Source: Candidatus Bathyarchaeota archaeon
GTDB taxonomy: Archaea; Thermoproteota; Bathyarchaeia; Bathyarchaeales; Bathycorpusculaceae
Length of the DNA: 64,000 nucleotides
Direction of reading: 5' to 3'
NCBI GenBank assembly: GCA_963733095.1
Contig: CAVTBV010000001.1
Location: 96,001 to 160,000, forward strand
The position numbers were made by a program, and so were the translations under genes. The notes beneath the pieces were generated by a model. That model saw nothing but the letters and a program-made list of their open reading frames with translations. It was not told the origin of the DNA and made no database searches. Numbering within the stretch: the stretch's first letter is position 1; each line of letters opens with the position of its first letter. This document shows positions 38,662 through 48,612 of the stretch, piece after piece.

Positions 38662-40305
38662 TTGGAGGAATTCATGGTTGAGGTTCAAAAAGACTCTACC
38701 ATCGTAGATCCAAAAAAAGGAGACGCCAACAAAATCATTGATAAAGATAATTTCCTAAAAGAAAGCTATTCACGTTGCGCCTTAATTTTAGGTGAAGAAC
38801 GCCTCCTAGATATTTTAGAGAATATTCCTTCAGCTGTGATGGTTGTTGAAAAACCCAATGCCAAAGTTACCTACGCCAATAAGCGAGCTATCGAACTTCT
38901 CGGTGCAAACCCCTGCAATGTAGAATTGAATAAGCAACCTACTAGTTTTAAAATATTGACGATGGATGGTAAGGTTTGCCCCACGGAAGAATTTTACATT
39001 TACAGGGCATTGTTTAATGAAGAAACCTTCAGAAACTCAACAGCAATTATTGAACAATCGTCAGGTAAACGGTTTACTGTGGTGGTGAGTGCAAAACCGC
39101 TGTATAATAAGGACTGCAAGGCTACTGCGGTAGTAGCTATTTTTGAGGATGTAACTGCTCACGTTAAAACTCAAAATTCACTTGAGGAAAGTGAGCAGCG
39201 GTTGAAAATGGCGCAGAGAATTGCCAATGTGGGAAGCTGGGAATACTTAGTTAAGGAGGACAAGGCAGTTTGGTCTGAAGAACTATTCCACATTTTTGGT
39301 TTACCCCCTCAGAAGAACGGTCCAAACACCACTGAATACGTGGCTAGGCTTTACCCTGAGGATAGAGAAGCGATAAACAAATCAATGGAACAAATGCTCT
39401 TTAAAGGCAAATTATCGACCAAAGCCAGTTTCGATTATCGCATAATCCATAAAGATGGCTCAATACGTACAATACATTCCGAACGAATCGTCCGAGAAGT
39501 TGGCGAAGATAACAAGCCCACAAGGATAGTCGGTATAGAACAGGACATAACTGAACGCAAACAGAATGAACAAAAACTCGAAGAATACGCAAAAAATTTA
39601 GAGCAACTTGTCGAGGACCGAACAAAACAGCTCAAGGATGCCGAACGGCTTGCGGCTATAGGGCAGACTGCCGGTATGATTGGCCATGACATCCGTAACC
39701 CCTTGCAGGCCATCGAAGGTGAACTCTACCTCATGAAGCAGGCTGTGGAAGGTTCGCCAGATAGCGAATGCAAACGCGACGTACAGGAAAGCATAGATTC
39801 TATTCAAGAACAAATAGATTACATTGACAAGATCATCTCTGATTTGCAAGACTTTGCAAAACCACTAAAGCCTGAGCTCGTGGAGGTTGATCTTTGCCGT
39901 ACCATACCCCAATTGATTGCAACCGTTAGTGTGCCCGATAACGTTCAAGCTATGGCAAAATGTGACACTGAATTGCCAAAAATCAAGCTTGACTTAACTT
40001 TCCTTAAGCGTATTCTGGTTAATTTGTCAACCAACGCCATTCAAGCCATGCCGGAGGGTGGCGAACTAATTATTAAAACATCTCAAGAAGCTAACACTGT
40101 TACCATTATTGTTTCTGATACGGGAGGGGGTATTCCAGAAGAAGTAAAACCAAAAATCTTCCAGCCCCTCATGACCACTAAATCTAAGGGTCAAGGTTTC
40201 GGATTAGCTGTCGTTAAACGTTTGGTCGAGGCTCAGGGTGGAACGATAACGTTTAAGAGTAAAGTTGGCAAAGGAACCCAATTCAAAATGACGTTTCCCA
40301 AATAA
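38662..40305 (+). CDS. Cytoplasmic PAS-PAS sensor histidine kinase
   Basis: Two PAS/PAC, GHDIRNPL, NLSTNAIQAM, DTGGGI, TTK, GQGFGL; start may be ATG 38674. Confidence 0.92.
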   Translation: MEEFMVEVQKDSTIVDPKKGDANKIIDKDNFLKESYSRCALILGEERLLDILENIPSAVMVVEKPNAKVTYANKRAIELLGANPCNVELNKQPTSFKILTMDGKVCPTEEFYIYRALFNEETFRNSTAIIEQSSGKRFTVVVSAKPLYNKDCKATAVVAIFEDVTAHVKTQNSLEESEQRLKMAQRIANVGSWEYLVKEDKAVWSEELFHIFGLPPQKNGPNTTEYVARLYPEDREAINKSMEQMLFKGKLSTKASFDYRIIHKDGSIRTIHSERIVREVGEDNKPTRIVGIEQDITERKQNEQKLEEYAKNLEQLVEDRTKQLKDAERLAAIGQTAGMIGHDIRNPLQAIEGELYLMKQAVEGSPDSECKRDVQESIDSIQEQIDYIDKIISDLQDFAKPLKPELVEVDLCRTIPQLIATVSVPDNVQAMAKCDTELPKIKLDLTFLKRILVNLSTNAIQAMPEGGELIIKTSQEANTVTIIVSDTGGGIPEEVKPKIFQPLMTTKSKGQGFGLAVVKRLVEAQGGTITFKSKVGKGTQFKMTFPK

Positions 40306-40643
40306 AGAAATAATATTCCAAATGCCTCGGATTTTATCCAATTAGTTAGTTTTCGACAAAAATGCTTCACTGTCTTCAGTGGACTTTTGGGGTCTCTAAA
40401 TGGTTCTGTGCTTTTTTTGTTCAAATCGTAATAAGGGATATGTATTAACATGATTATAGGTAGTTTTTGCGAATAGAATTTTACTTTTTTCCTTTTGTGG
40501 AATATGATAAAGTTGAGAGTTTCGAAAGTGTTATAAATTGAACTTGCCGATACAGCTAATTGGGCAAGGATACAGACATTCAAAATGCGAGAGTGATCTA
40601 TGTTTTTGCTCATTAAGACATAAATTAAGAGAGGAAAAGAAAA

Positions 40644-43238
40644 ATGCAAAAAATAAAAAACAGAACTATTGCTATTTTGATTGCAACAATTTTAACAATT
40701 TCGATGGCAGCTTCAGTTATGCTAGTACCAAATACTAGCGCTCATACACCTGCATGGCAGATTCCGACGTATATGTTTGTTAGCGTAGCACCGGACCCTA
40801 TAGGTGTTGGACAGACAGTCAACGTTAACTTTTGGTGTAACGCACCTCCACCAACCGCAAGCGCACAGTATGGTGACAGATGGACAAACTTGACAGTAGT
40901 AATCACTAAACCTGATGGAAGCACACAAAAATTAGGCCCATTCAGTTCTGACGCAACCGGCGGCACAGTCACAACCTTTACTCCTGAAGCGGTCGGAAAC
41001 TATACGTTCCAAAGTTTCTTTGGAGGAGAAGTGCTACCTGGATTAAACAATCCTGTTCCGGGAACTATTTCAAACAATGCATTCGTTAACGATACCTTCC
41101 TACCCAGTTCGAGCAGTAAATTTATTCTAACCGTTCAGCAAGATCCAATTCCATACGAATCAGCTGCACCACTACCAACCAACTATTGGACCCGTCCAAT
41201 CTACGGTGAGAACAACGCTTGGTATACAATTGCAGGTAACTGGCTTGGTCTATCAGCATCAACCTTTGCAGCAACCGGCATGTACAGCACAATGTCAAAC
41301 TATAACCCTTACACAACAGCTCCAAACACTGCCCACTTGCTCTGGACAAAACCAGTAGCTTTTGGCGGTATAATCGGAGGCGAATTCGGTGGCAGTGAAA
41401 CAGGCAACTACTATTCGACTTCTCAATACGAACCAAAGTTCGCTCCAATTATTATGCAAGGTATTCTCTACTACAGCTTATACCCTGGATCATCAACATA
41501 TCCCCAAGGATGGACCGCAGTAGACCTACATACTGGAGAAACGATATGGACCAAAAACATCAACACTGAAGTTCTAAAATGCGGACAAATACTTCAAATG
41601 ATTACTCCTAACCAGTACGGCGCCCTCGCATATCTCTGGACTATCCCGGTGGCCGCAGCAGGCTATCAAGCAGCAGGACAATACATGTCAATGTACGATG
41701 CGATGACAGGCAACTACATACTAACTATTAAAAACACACCATCAATGCAACTTATTGAAGATGAACGCGGAAACTTGATAGGCTACTATGTCAACTCAAG
41801 CCAAGGTCAACGTTCACTCTCGGTTTGGAACTCCACCAGATGCATTAACCTAGTCGGAGCCAACTACGGTGGCGGCGGAGCAGTTGCAGATCAATGGATG
41901 TGGAGACCTCCATACAACACAACAATCGACTTCCAATTAGGCATACAAGATTCATGGCCCATAGTAACCTCAATTGACGGTGCACCTATCTCTCTGGGGC
42001 TTTCTTCTATTACTGACGGAGTGGCACTCATGACACAAGCAAGCGTTGCAGGCAGCTCTTTCTTCCAGAATGGATGGATAATCGAAGCAGGCTACGACCT
42101 TAGCACGGGACAAAAACTCTGGGGACCATTAAACCGCACAGAAATAGTGGATTCAAGAGTAATCTACGGCTCAACCACAGCAGGGAATGGAGTATGGGTA
42201 GAATTCGACGCAGCAGCACTAACAGCAACTGGATACAACCTACGCACGGGTGAAAAGGTTTGGGGTCCCGAAGCACTTCCAAACGTTAGTCCATACTCAT
42301 CTCTAGGCCAAAACAACGTAGTTGCTGACGGAATAATCTATGATTGGACTTACGGAGGGGACGTCTACGCTATTGACTTGGCCACAGGAACTTTCCTTTG
42401 GGAATACCATACACCTCCGGGAGGCTACGAATCACCCTACGGAATTGAGCCCTTATGGACTTTCACAGTGGGAACAATAGCTGATGGAAAGCTCTTCCTT
42501 CCGGAAGGACACATGTACAGTCCGCCACTTTTCCACAACGCGCAGCAGTTAGCCTTGAACATCACCAACGGAGAGGTCGTTTGGAGCATCGATGCGTTCG
42601 ACGTCACCAGTGCACCTGCTATCTCTGACGGAATCATGACGACACTGAACGCTTATGACAACCAAATCTACACTTGGGGTAAAGGCCCAAGCGCTATGAC
42701 TGTTACTGCACCCGATGTCGGCGTTACGACTGAAACTCCCATAACCATCCGTGGAACAATCATTGACAAATCCGCAGGCACACAACAACAAGCCCAAGCA
42801 GCAAACTTCCCCAACGGTGTACCATGCATCTCTGACGAAAGCCAAAGCCTATGGATGGAATACGTCTACATGCAACAACCATGTCCAAACAACGCAACCG
42901 GTGTCCCACTCACAATCAGTGTCTTAGACTCTAACGGAAACTTTAGACAAATCGGCAGCACCACAAGCGACGCCAGCGGCATGTTCAGCTTCACATGGAC
43001 ACCTGACATAACAGGCGATTACACCGTAGTCGCTAACTTTGCAGGAACAGAATCATATTATCCCTCCTCTGCAGAAACATCATTCTATGCCGGTGACCCA
43101 GCAGCAACAGCATCACCATACCCACAGATAACTCTCCCACCAACTGAAATGTACATCGCAGCCGCAGCAGCTGCAATGATAGTTGCAATCGCCATCGTTG
43201 GCGTTGTAATTCTCATGGCAGTTAAGAAACGAGCATAA
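40644..43238 (+). CDS. Secreted, C-terminally anchored PQQ-like beta-propeller protein (paralog of 17228-19979)
   Basis: Signal peptide, PLPTNYWTRPI, YSPPLF, LNAYDNQIY..GKGPS, C-terminal TM plus KKRA. Confidence 0.85.
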   Translation: MQKIKNRTIAILIATILTISMAASVMLVPNTSAHTPAWQIPTYMFVSVAPDPIGVGQTVNVNFWCNAPPPTASAQYGDRWTNLTVVITKPDGSTQKLGPFSSDATGGTVTTFTPEAVGNYTFQSFFGGEVLPGLNNPVPGTISNNAFVNDTFLPSSSSKFILTVQQDPIPYESAAPLPTNYWTRPIYGENNAWYTIAGNWLGLSASTFAATGMYSTMSNYNPYTTAPNTAHLLWTKPVAFGGIIGGEFGGSETGNYYSTSQYEPKFAPIIMQGILYYSLYPGSSTYPQGWTAVDLHTGETIWTKNINTEVLKCGQILQMITPNQYGALAYLWTIPVAAAGYQAAGQYMSMYDAMTGNYILTIKNTPSMQLIEDERGNLIGYYVNSSQGQRSLSVWNSTRCINLVGANYGGGGAVADQWMWRPPYNTTIDFQLGIQDSWPIVTSIDGAPISLGLSSITDGVALMTQASVAGSSFFQNGWIIEAGYDLSTGQKLWGPLNRTEIVDSRVIYGSTTAGNGVWVEFDAAALTATGYNLRTGEKVWGPEALPNVSPYSSLGQNNVVADGIIYDWTYGGDVYAIDLATGTFLWEYHTPPGGYESPYGIEPLWTFTVGTIADGKLFLPEGHMYSPPLFHNAQQLALNITNGEVVWSIDAFDVTSAPAISDGIMTTLNAYDNQIYTWGKGPSAMTVTAPDVGVTTETPITIRGTIIDKSAGTQQQAQAANFPNGVPCISDESQSLWMEYVYMQQPCPNNATGVPLTISVLDSNGNFRQIGSTTSDASGMFSFTWTPDITGDYTVVANFAGTESYYPSSAETSFYAGDPAATASPYPQITLPPTEMYIAAAAAAMIVAIAIVGVVILMAVKKRA

Positions 43239-43381
43239 AAAACTACACAGCAAAAAACAATTTCCCTTTTCTTCTTTTTTTATTTTTCAAACAATCGATT
43301 CTTTAAGTTTGATTTGCGCAACAATTATTTTTCTGTAAGCATTAGCGTTTATATTGTGCGAATGGAGTAATCTCGTCGTAA

Positions 43382-43460
43382 GGGCTCGTCGTCTAGTACG
43401 GATTAGGGCACCGGCCTGCGGAGCCGGACGTCATGGGTTCAAATCCCATCGGGCCCGCCA
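43382..43460 (+). tRNA. tRNA-Arg(GCG), CCA encoded
   Basis: GGGCTCG..CCGGC-CT-GCG-GA-GCCGG..GGTTCAAATCC..CGGGCCCGCCA. Confidence 0.94.
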
Positions 43461-45847
43461 CCAACTTCTTTGAACTTTTTGTTTCTTAGGAGAAAGCGCC
43501 TTGAAGAAACCTGTATTTTCTTTGAAATTTGGTAGAGCAAACTGCTGATGGCGAGGGCGAAGGCTGGTAGAGCTGGCAGAATGTACCATGAAAGCTTCGT
43601 TTGCGCGAAAGTAAACACCAAAAGTACAATTAACATCCATACAAGAATTAATGCATCAGCCTTCACACGTTTAACAACCGCATTAAACACGCAAAGCCCT
43701 GCCGCAAAAGGCAAAAGAATAGCCCAAATAGCCTCATTTTTAGCTAAATAGGCAAAATAGAAAAAGTAGTTTCCAACGTGGCCCTCAATAGGGCTGACCG
43801 TTCGCATAAAGCCACAGTAAACGACAAACCAATGCCAGAAATTTGACCCAAAACTAAGAAACATGTAAACGAGCCAGGGAGAAAGAACCAGAAGCCCCAC
43901 CGCCCAAAAAAAGGTAAAATGCTTCGTGAAAACAAACCTTACACTTCTTTCCGTCACAATAAGATACCCAAAAACTATTAGCGGAATCAGCAAAGCCTCA
44001 ACCTGCTTTGTCAACAACGCCAAACCAAAAAATAATCCACCCAAAACCACATACCGCGTGGTTCTTTCAGCTTTCTCGCTTAAAACAAAAAAGTAAATGC
44101 TAGCCACGGTGAAAAAGACGAAGGGAACATCCGTCATAGCGTGCCTTGCAAACAAGTAGAATATGCTGAACGTTCCTAAAACTATAGCGGACACAAACCC
44201 AACGTAATTGTTGTAGAGTTTTTTTCCTAAAAGGAAAACCAAAATTAAAGTTAACGAGCCAAATATTGGACTCCATAGCCTTGTTGCAAAGTTGCTAACT
44301 CCGAAGGCTTGGTAGGCTAAAGACATCAACCACATAAACAGCGGAGGCTTCCCAACCCAAACTGCCAACCCCCCAAAAGCATACGGCGTAACATAATCTC
44401 CGCTCCTAACCATGTGGTACGCCCATTGCGAATATGTTTGCTCGTCAGCAGCCCAAAGAGGGCCTCTTCCAAGGTTTATGAAGAAAATGGTTGAAAAAGC
44501 TAGGAGTGCCAAAACGGCGAGAAAGTCGGTGTGAGCTGAAAACCAAGACTTCCAGTTGATTGGACCAATGTTGACTTGAGCCTTTCGTTTAGCCTGCCAA
44601 TTTAAGTAACCAAAACGTAGGATGACGAAAAAAATCGCTGCCGCCACTGCGAAGGCAATGGCGTCAAATGCAATTGAGGTCCAAGCTAATGTGTCAGTTG
44701 ATTGTAAGGGTAACTTTTCGGGGGCTGAGTCGGTTAGGGTTAAGGCGTAGATGTGGCAGTCGCTGGAGCCGATGAAAAGGGTGCCGTTTACGATGGCTGG
44801 CGATGAATCGACAATATTGCCCGTTGCGTAACTCCATGTTTTATTTCCTGTCAAAGCGTTGAAACAGTAAACGCGGTAGTCTTCAGAGCCCACATACACG
44901 TTACCGCCCCAAACTACAGGCGAGGACCGAACCCAATACCCAGTCGATGCCTGCCAAATTTTAAAGCCATTAGACGCATTAAGACAGTAAAGGTTGTTGT
45001 CTTCGGAGCCAACATAAATGCAACCATTAGCAGCGGCGGGGGAAGAATCCACGCAATCTTGGGTTTGGTAGCGCCAAATCTCGTTGCCGGTGGACGCGTT
45101 CAAGCTGCAAATGTACCCGTCGTATGAGCCTACATAAAGACATCCATTATAGATGCAGGGCGAGGAGATGACACTTCCTGTATGATACTTCCATAGTTCA
45201 TATCCTGTTGAAGCGTTTAGGGCATAAACACAAAAATCGTCTGTGGCAACATACACTATGCCTTCTGAGATAGCAGGCGATGAATCTGCACGTTTTGCTG
45301 TTGAAAAAGTCCAGATTAAACCACCATTTGAGGCGTTAAAACAAAAAATATCGTGCTTGCCAGAACCGATAAAGACGTGATCATCCACTACTGCTGGCGA
45401 AGAACGGACTTCCCCTCCAACAAACGATATCCAAACAGGCATTCCCGTGGCAATGTCCATGCAGTAAAGCCAGCCGTCGTTTGAACCCACATATACGTAT
45501 CCCTTGTAAATTGCGGGAGAAGAATCCACCTCACCCAAAGTTGTAAAGTTCCACAATAGATTCCCGTTGGAGGCGTTGAGACAATAAATTTGACCGTCCT
45601 TACCTCCTATAGCAACATAGCCGTCGACAACTGCTGGGGAAGACACCACGGGTGCTCTGGTAGAAAAATTCCAAATGAGACTGGGGTAATTTGCTGCATC
45701 GCCACCGGGTGCGTAGCCGGTGTGACTTGGGTCACGGCGGAACATCGACCAGTCGTCGGTGCTTGCCGCTGAGGCTACCGATAGGTAGTAAGCTTGAATA
45801 AGTAGCAATAAAATGAGTACAGTTAGTATCCACTTTGTTTTTATCAT
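43439..45847 (-). CDS. PQQ-like beta-propeller fused to GT-C (ArnT/PMT-like) glycosyltransferase
   Basis: Signal peptide, repeated V.SSPA..G.VYVGS.D..YCLNA..G..W; then WAADEQTY, KPPLFMWL, LLTK, TKLSWYILP. Confidence 0.85.
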   Translation of the reverse strand: MIKTKWILTVLILLLLIQAYYLSVASAASTDDWSMFRRDPSHTGYAPGGDAANYPSLIWNFSTRAPVVSSPAVVDGYVAIGGKDGQIYCLNASNGNLLWNFTTLGEVDSSPAIYKGYVYVGSNDGWLYCMDIATGMPVWISFVGGEVRSSPAVVDDHVFIGSGKHDIFCFNASNGGLIWTFSTAKRADSSPAISEGIVYVATDDFCVYALNASTGYELWKYHTGSVISSPCIYNGCLYVGSYDGYICSLNASTGNEIWRYQTQDCVDSSPAAANGCIYVGSEDNNLYCLNASNGFKIWQASTGYWVRSSPVVWGGNVYVGSEDYRVYCFNALTGNKTWSYATGNIVDSSPAIVNGTLFIGSSDCHIYALTLTDSAPEKLPLQSTDTLAWTSIAFDAIAFAVAAAIFFVILRFGYLNWQAKRKAQVNIGPINWKSWFSAHTDFLAVLALLAFSTIFFINLGRGPLWAADEQTYSQWAYHMVRSGDYVTPYAFGGLAVWVGKPPLFMWLMSLAYQAFGVSNFATRLWSPIFGSLTLILVFLLGKKLYNNYVGFVSAIVLGTFSIFYLFARHAMTDVPFVFFTVASIYFFVLSEKAERTTRYVVLGGLFFGLALLTKQVEALLIPLIVFGYLIVTERSVRFVFTKHFTFFWAVGLLVLSPWLVYMFLSFGSNFWHWFVVYCGFMRTVSPIEGHVGNYFFYFAYLAKNEAIWAILLPFAAGLCVFNAVVKRVKADALILVWMLIVLLVFTFAQTKLSWYILPALPAFALAISSLLYQISKKIQVSSRRFLLRNKKFKEVGGGPDGI

Positions 45848-46056
45848 TTCATAAGCAAATAATCTCTTTTGATGTGCAGAAATATATTAAACTATTGAAT
45901 TCAGCAATTATCGAACGATTCAGTTCCAAAATGCAATTATTTTTTTGTGATTAGAGACAGAGTAATTTGAGGTTTTCTCTGTTCTGTAACGTTCAACCTA
46001 AAGACTTCTATCAAGAATTGACAATTATTGTACAAATAAAATGAAGGATTGTGGTT

Positions 46057-46740
46057 TTATTCTCTGCTTGAGAGCACTATTATATAGTCTGCCGTGTCAG
46101 CACACATATCTGCTGCTTGCTCGATGAACTCGATTAAGTCGTCGAAGATTACCATTGCTCCACAGTTTATGCTTACGCCGTACTTGACGAATAGGCTTTT
46201 GGCTTTGAGGTATTCAACGTCGATTGCATGTTCGATGTCGCCGACGGCTTTTGCTTCTTTTATGGCTTCGTTGGGGTTGGATGAGATTTTTTCGATGGCG
46301 TTTCTTAGGGTTTGAGCTGTCTCCACTAGTTTGGACGTCATTAAAAAGGTCTTCTGAGAGAGTTCCTGGGGAATTTCGGCTTCGCCAAGCATTTCAAGGC
46401 ATCTGGCAGCATCTTTAGTGTGATCTGCCAATGTATCTAAACGCTTAACAAGATGCAATAGGTCTTCGCGATAATCAGAAACCAGTGCCGCTCCCTTAGA
46501 TAACTCCATGAAAGTGTCTGTTCTGAGTTGGTCAACTTCCTCTTCAGCTTTGTAGAGGTTTTCAATGTACTTTTTGGTTTCTTTAAAGTTCTTCTCCGAA
46601 AAGCTTTTAGTTGCTTTCTGAAGCCACGTTACCGTGTCAAAAGCCTTCGTTATTTGTTCGTGAGCAAGTTCTAAGCCTCTGGTCTTGCGGCGTTGTTCAA
46701 ACCAATCGTAACTTTTTTTCTCCACCAACAGCATCTCCAT
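46057..46740 (-). CDS. DUF47 / PhoU-like phosphate transport regulator
   Basis: EEEVDQLR, REDLLHLVKRLD.LAD, EHAID, EQAADMCAD. Confidence 0.85.
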   Translation of the reverse strand: MEMLLVEKKSYDWFEQRRKTRGLELAHEQITKAFDTVTWLQKATKSFSEKNFKETKKYIENLYKAEEEVDQLRTDTFMELSKGAALVSDYREDLLHLVKRLDTLADHTKDAARCLEMLGEAEIPQELSQKTFLMTSKLVETAQTLRNAIEKISSNPNEAIKEAKAVGDIEHAIDVEYLKAKSLFVKYGVSINCGAMVIFDDLIEFIEQAADMCADTADYIIVLSSRE

Positions 46741-47126
46741 TTGTTAAACGATAATTACTCAAGTTTGCAGATATAACCCTTCTCTTAATATGGCGTTCAC
46801 TAATTGCTTTAACAATCATTTCTTCACTGCCAATAGCTGTTTTTTGTTAGGTTAAGCAGACATCGATCGCTAAGAGCCAATCTAGAATGTCGGCTTTTTC
46901 AGCTTTCGCTTGCTTTTCACTATTTATCTTTTGTTTCAACATTTTTCCCTCAGACAACAAATCCTTGATTGTATGTGACTGAAGTACCCTGGCGTTTCCG
47001 GTTTTGGTTTTTGTTTTCTTGTTTCCTATTTTGCATAGACCGTACGCTCAAACAAGAACTTCTTTATCTACCTATTTAGAATATCCAATATACTCTAAAG
47101 AGAACACTTTAGACTATATTGCAGAT

Positions 47127-48044
47127 TTAATCTTCTAGAACAACTTTTGCCAACGCAACTTTGTCTTCTAAACTATTCATCACAGTATTAGTTACCTTTA
47201 CTTTGACCCCCAGTTTTTCAATTCTGCTCGTTTCACCGGAATCCTTTACGTCAATGATGAAGGTGTCGAGGAAATCGGAGTAAAACCTGGCAACCCCAAA
47301 CGCAGAAACCTCGACACCTAAAGCACGTAGCATCTTGTCCGCTGGACCCTTAATGGGCAGACCTGCAACAATGGGGCTAACTCCCACTACTCTGGCACTT
47401 GTCCGTCTCAACGCCTCTCTCACTCCATCAACTGACAAAATAGTGCCGATACTAACAATGGGGTTGCTGGGGCAAACAATAACCGTCTTTGCCTCCAGGA
47501 TTGCATTCAGGACTCCCGACGAAGGTTTCGCTGTAGTTGCACCGACAAACTCAATGCCTAATACCTCGTCTTTGCATTGCCTTCGAACGAAGTATTCTTC
47601 AAAATGCATCGCGCCATTGCTCGTAGTTACTCTTGTTTCAAACCTATCGTTGGACATCGGTAAAATTTTGGTTTTAATCCCTAAACTGCGGCAGACCTCC
47701 TCGGTGATTTGTGATAACATTGCGCCTTGCTTTAAGCGGTAAGTTCTGTACAGGTGAGTTGCTAAGTCCTTGTCCCCCAGGTTAAACCATGCGTCTAAGC
47801 CGCGGTTTTTTAGCATTTCGAGGCAATGGAAGGTATCTCCCTTTACTCCCCACCCTTTTGCTTCATCAACGATGCCAGCCAAAGTGTAAGTGACTATGTC
47901 TACATCAGGCGAAATGTGTAAACTGAACAGTTCAATGTCATCGCCCGTGTTCACAATAACCGACAAGTCTTCCTCTTTGATAATTTTTGTTAAGCCTGTT
48001 AGGAATCTAGCTGCGCCTACTCCCCCTGCCAAAGCCGCAATCAA
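47127..48044 (-). CDS. cofD: 2-phospho-L-lactate transferase (F420 biosynthesis)
   Basis: LAGGVGAARF, NTGDD, SPDVD, LGDKD, HFEEYFV, PSNP, KGPA. Confidence 0.94.
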   Translation of the reverse strand: MIAALAGGVGAARFLTGLTKIIKEEDLSVIVNTGDDIELFSLHISPDVDIVTYTLAGIVDEAKGWGVKGDTFHCLEMLKNRGLDAWFNLGDKDLATHLYRTYRLKQGAMLSQITEEVCRSLGIKTKILPMSNDRFETRVTTSNGAMHFEEYFVRRQCKDEVLGIEFVGATTAKPSSGVLNAILEAKTVIVCPSNPIVSIGTILSVDGVREALRRTSARVVGVSPIVAGLPIKGPADKMLRALGVEVSAFGVARFYSDFLDTFIIDVKDSGETSRIEKLGVKVKVTNTVMNSLEDKVALAKVVLED

Positions 48045-48059
48045 GATGTCACATCCAGT

Positions 48060-48527
48060 TTAGGGATGATGGCTTTCTTTTTCTGAAACCCAATATTCGG
48101 ATGCATCGCCTTGATTTGTGATTATGTGTTCTTTTTTGAAGACTGGCACTTCGCTCTTGTACCTCTCAACGGCTTCCCTCAAGACGGGAAAAACGTCTGT
48201 TCGGTGTGCACCTGCAACGGCAACATAAACCAAGTCATCGCCCACTTTGAATTCGCCGAGGAGATGATGGATTTGAACGTTTACGACTCCAGGTTTTTCA
48301 GATAATTCTTTACTTATTTTTGTAAGCACTTGGTCAGCTTTTTCCTCATAAGCTTCTATAGTGAGTTTTTCAACTTTTTCTTTTTCAGACTCAAGAGTCT
48401 CCCCCCGTACTACACCAATAAAAAGTCCGATGGCACCAGCTTTTGGGTAGTTGGGATCTTTTTTGATGTTATCTATAGCATCTTGGGCGTTGAAGGTTCC
48501 TTTTTCATGAACACCCGCATTGGTCAA
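48060..48527 (-). CDS. moaE: Molybdopterin synthase catalytic subunit
   Basis: GAIGLFIGVVR, EAY, GAHR, PVFKKE. Confidence 0.92.
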   Translation of the reverse strand: MTNAGVHEKGTFNAQDAIDNIKKDPNYPKAGAIGLFIGVVRGETLESEKEKVEKLTIEAYEEKADQVLTKISKELSEKPGVVNVQIHHLLGEFKVGDDLVYVAVAGAHRTDVFPVLREAVERYKSEVPVFKKEHIITNQGDASEYWVSEKESHHP

Positions 48528-48612
48528 AACTTGTGCTCTCCTGAATAGAAAATACTAAGAGTTCTATCTAAAACTGTTTACGGTTAAAAAAATAAAAATT
48601 AAAAAATTGTGT

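Noticed and set aside
40233-40738. ORFs 40233-40649 (-) and 40538-40738 (+)
   Set aside because: AT-rich promoter region; they overlap real genes and lack protein-like features
44740-45700. Regularly spaced DNA repeats suggesting a CRISPR array or DGR
   Set aside because: They are degenerate codons of protein propeller repeats, with no identical repeats, spacers or reverse transcriptase
43460-47100. Integrated mobile element at tRNA-Arg
   Set aside because: No integrase, no att direct repeat found, and housekeeping genes resume within about 3 kb
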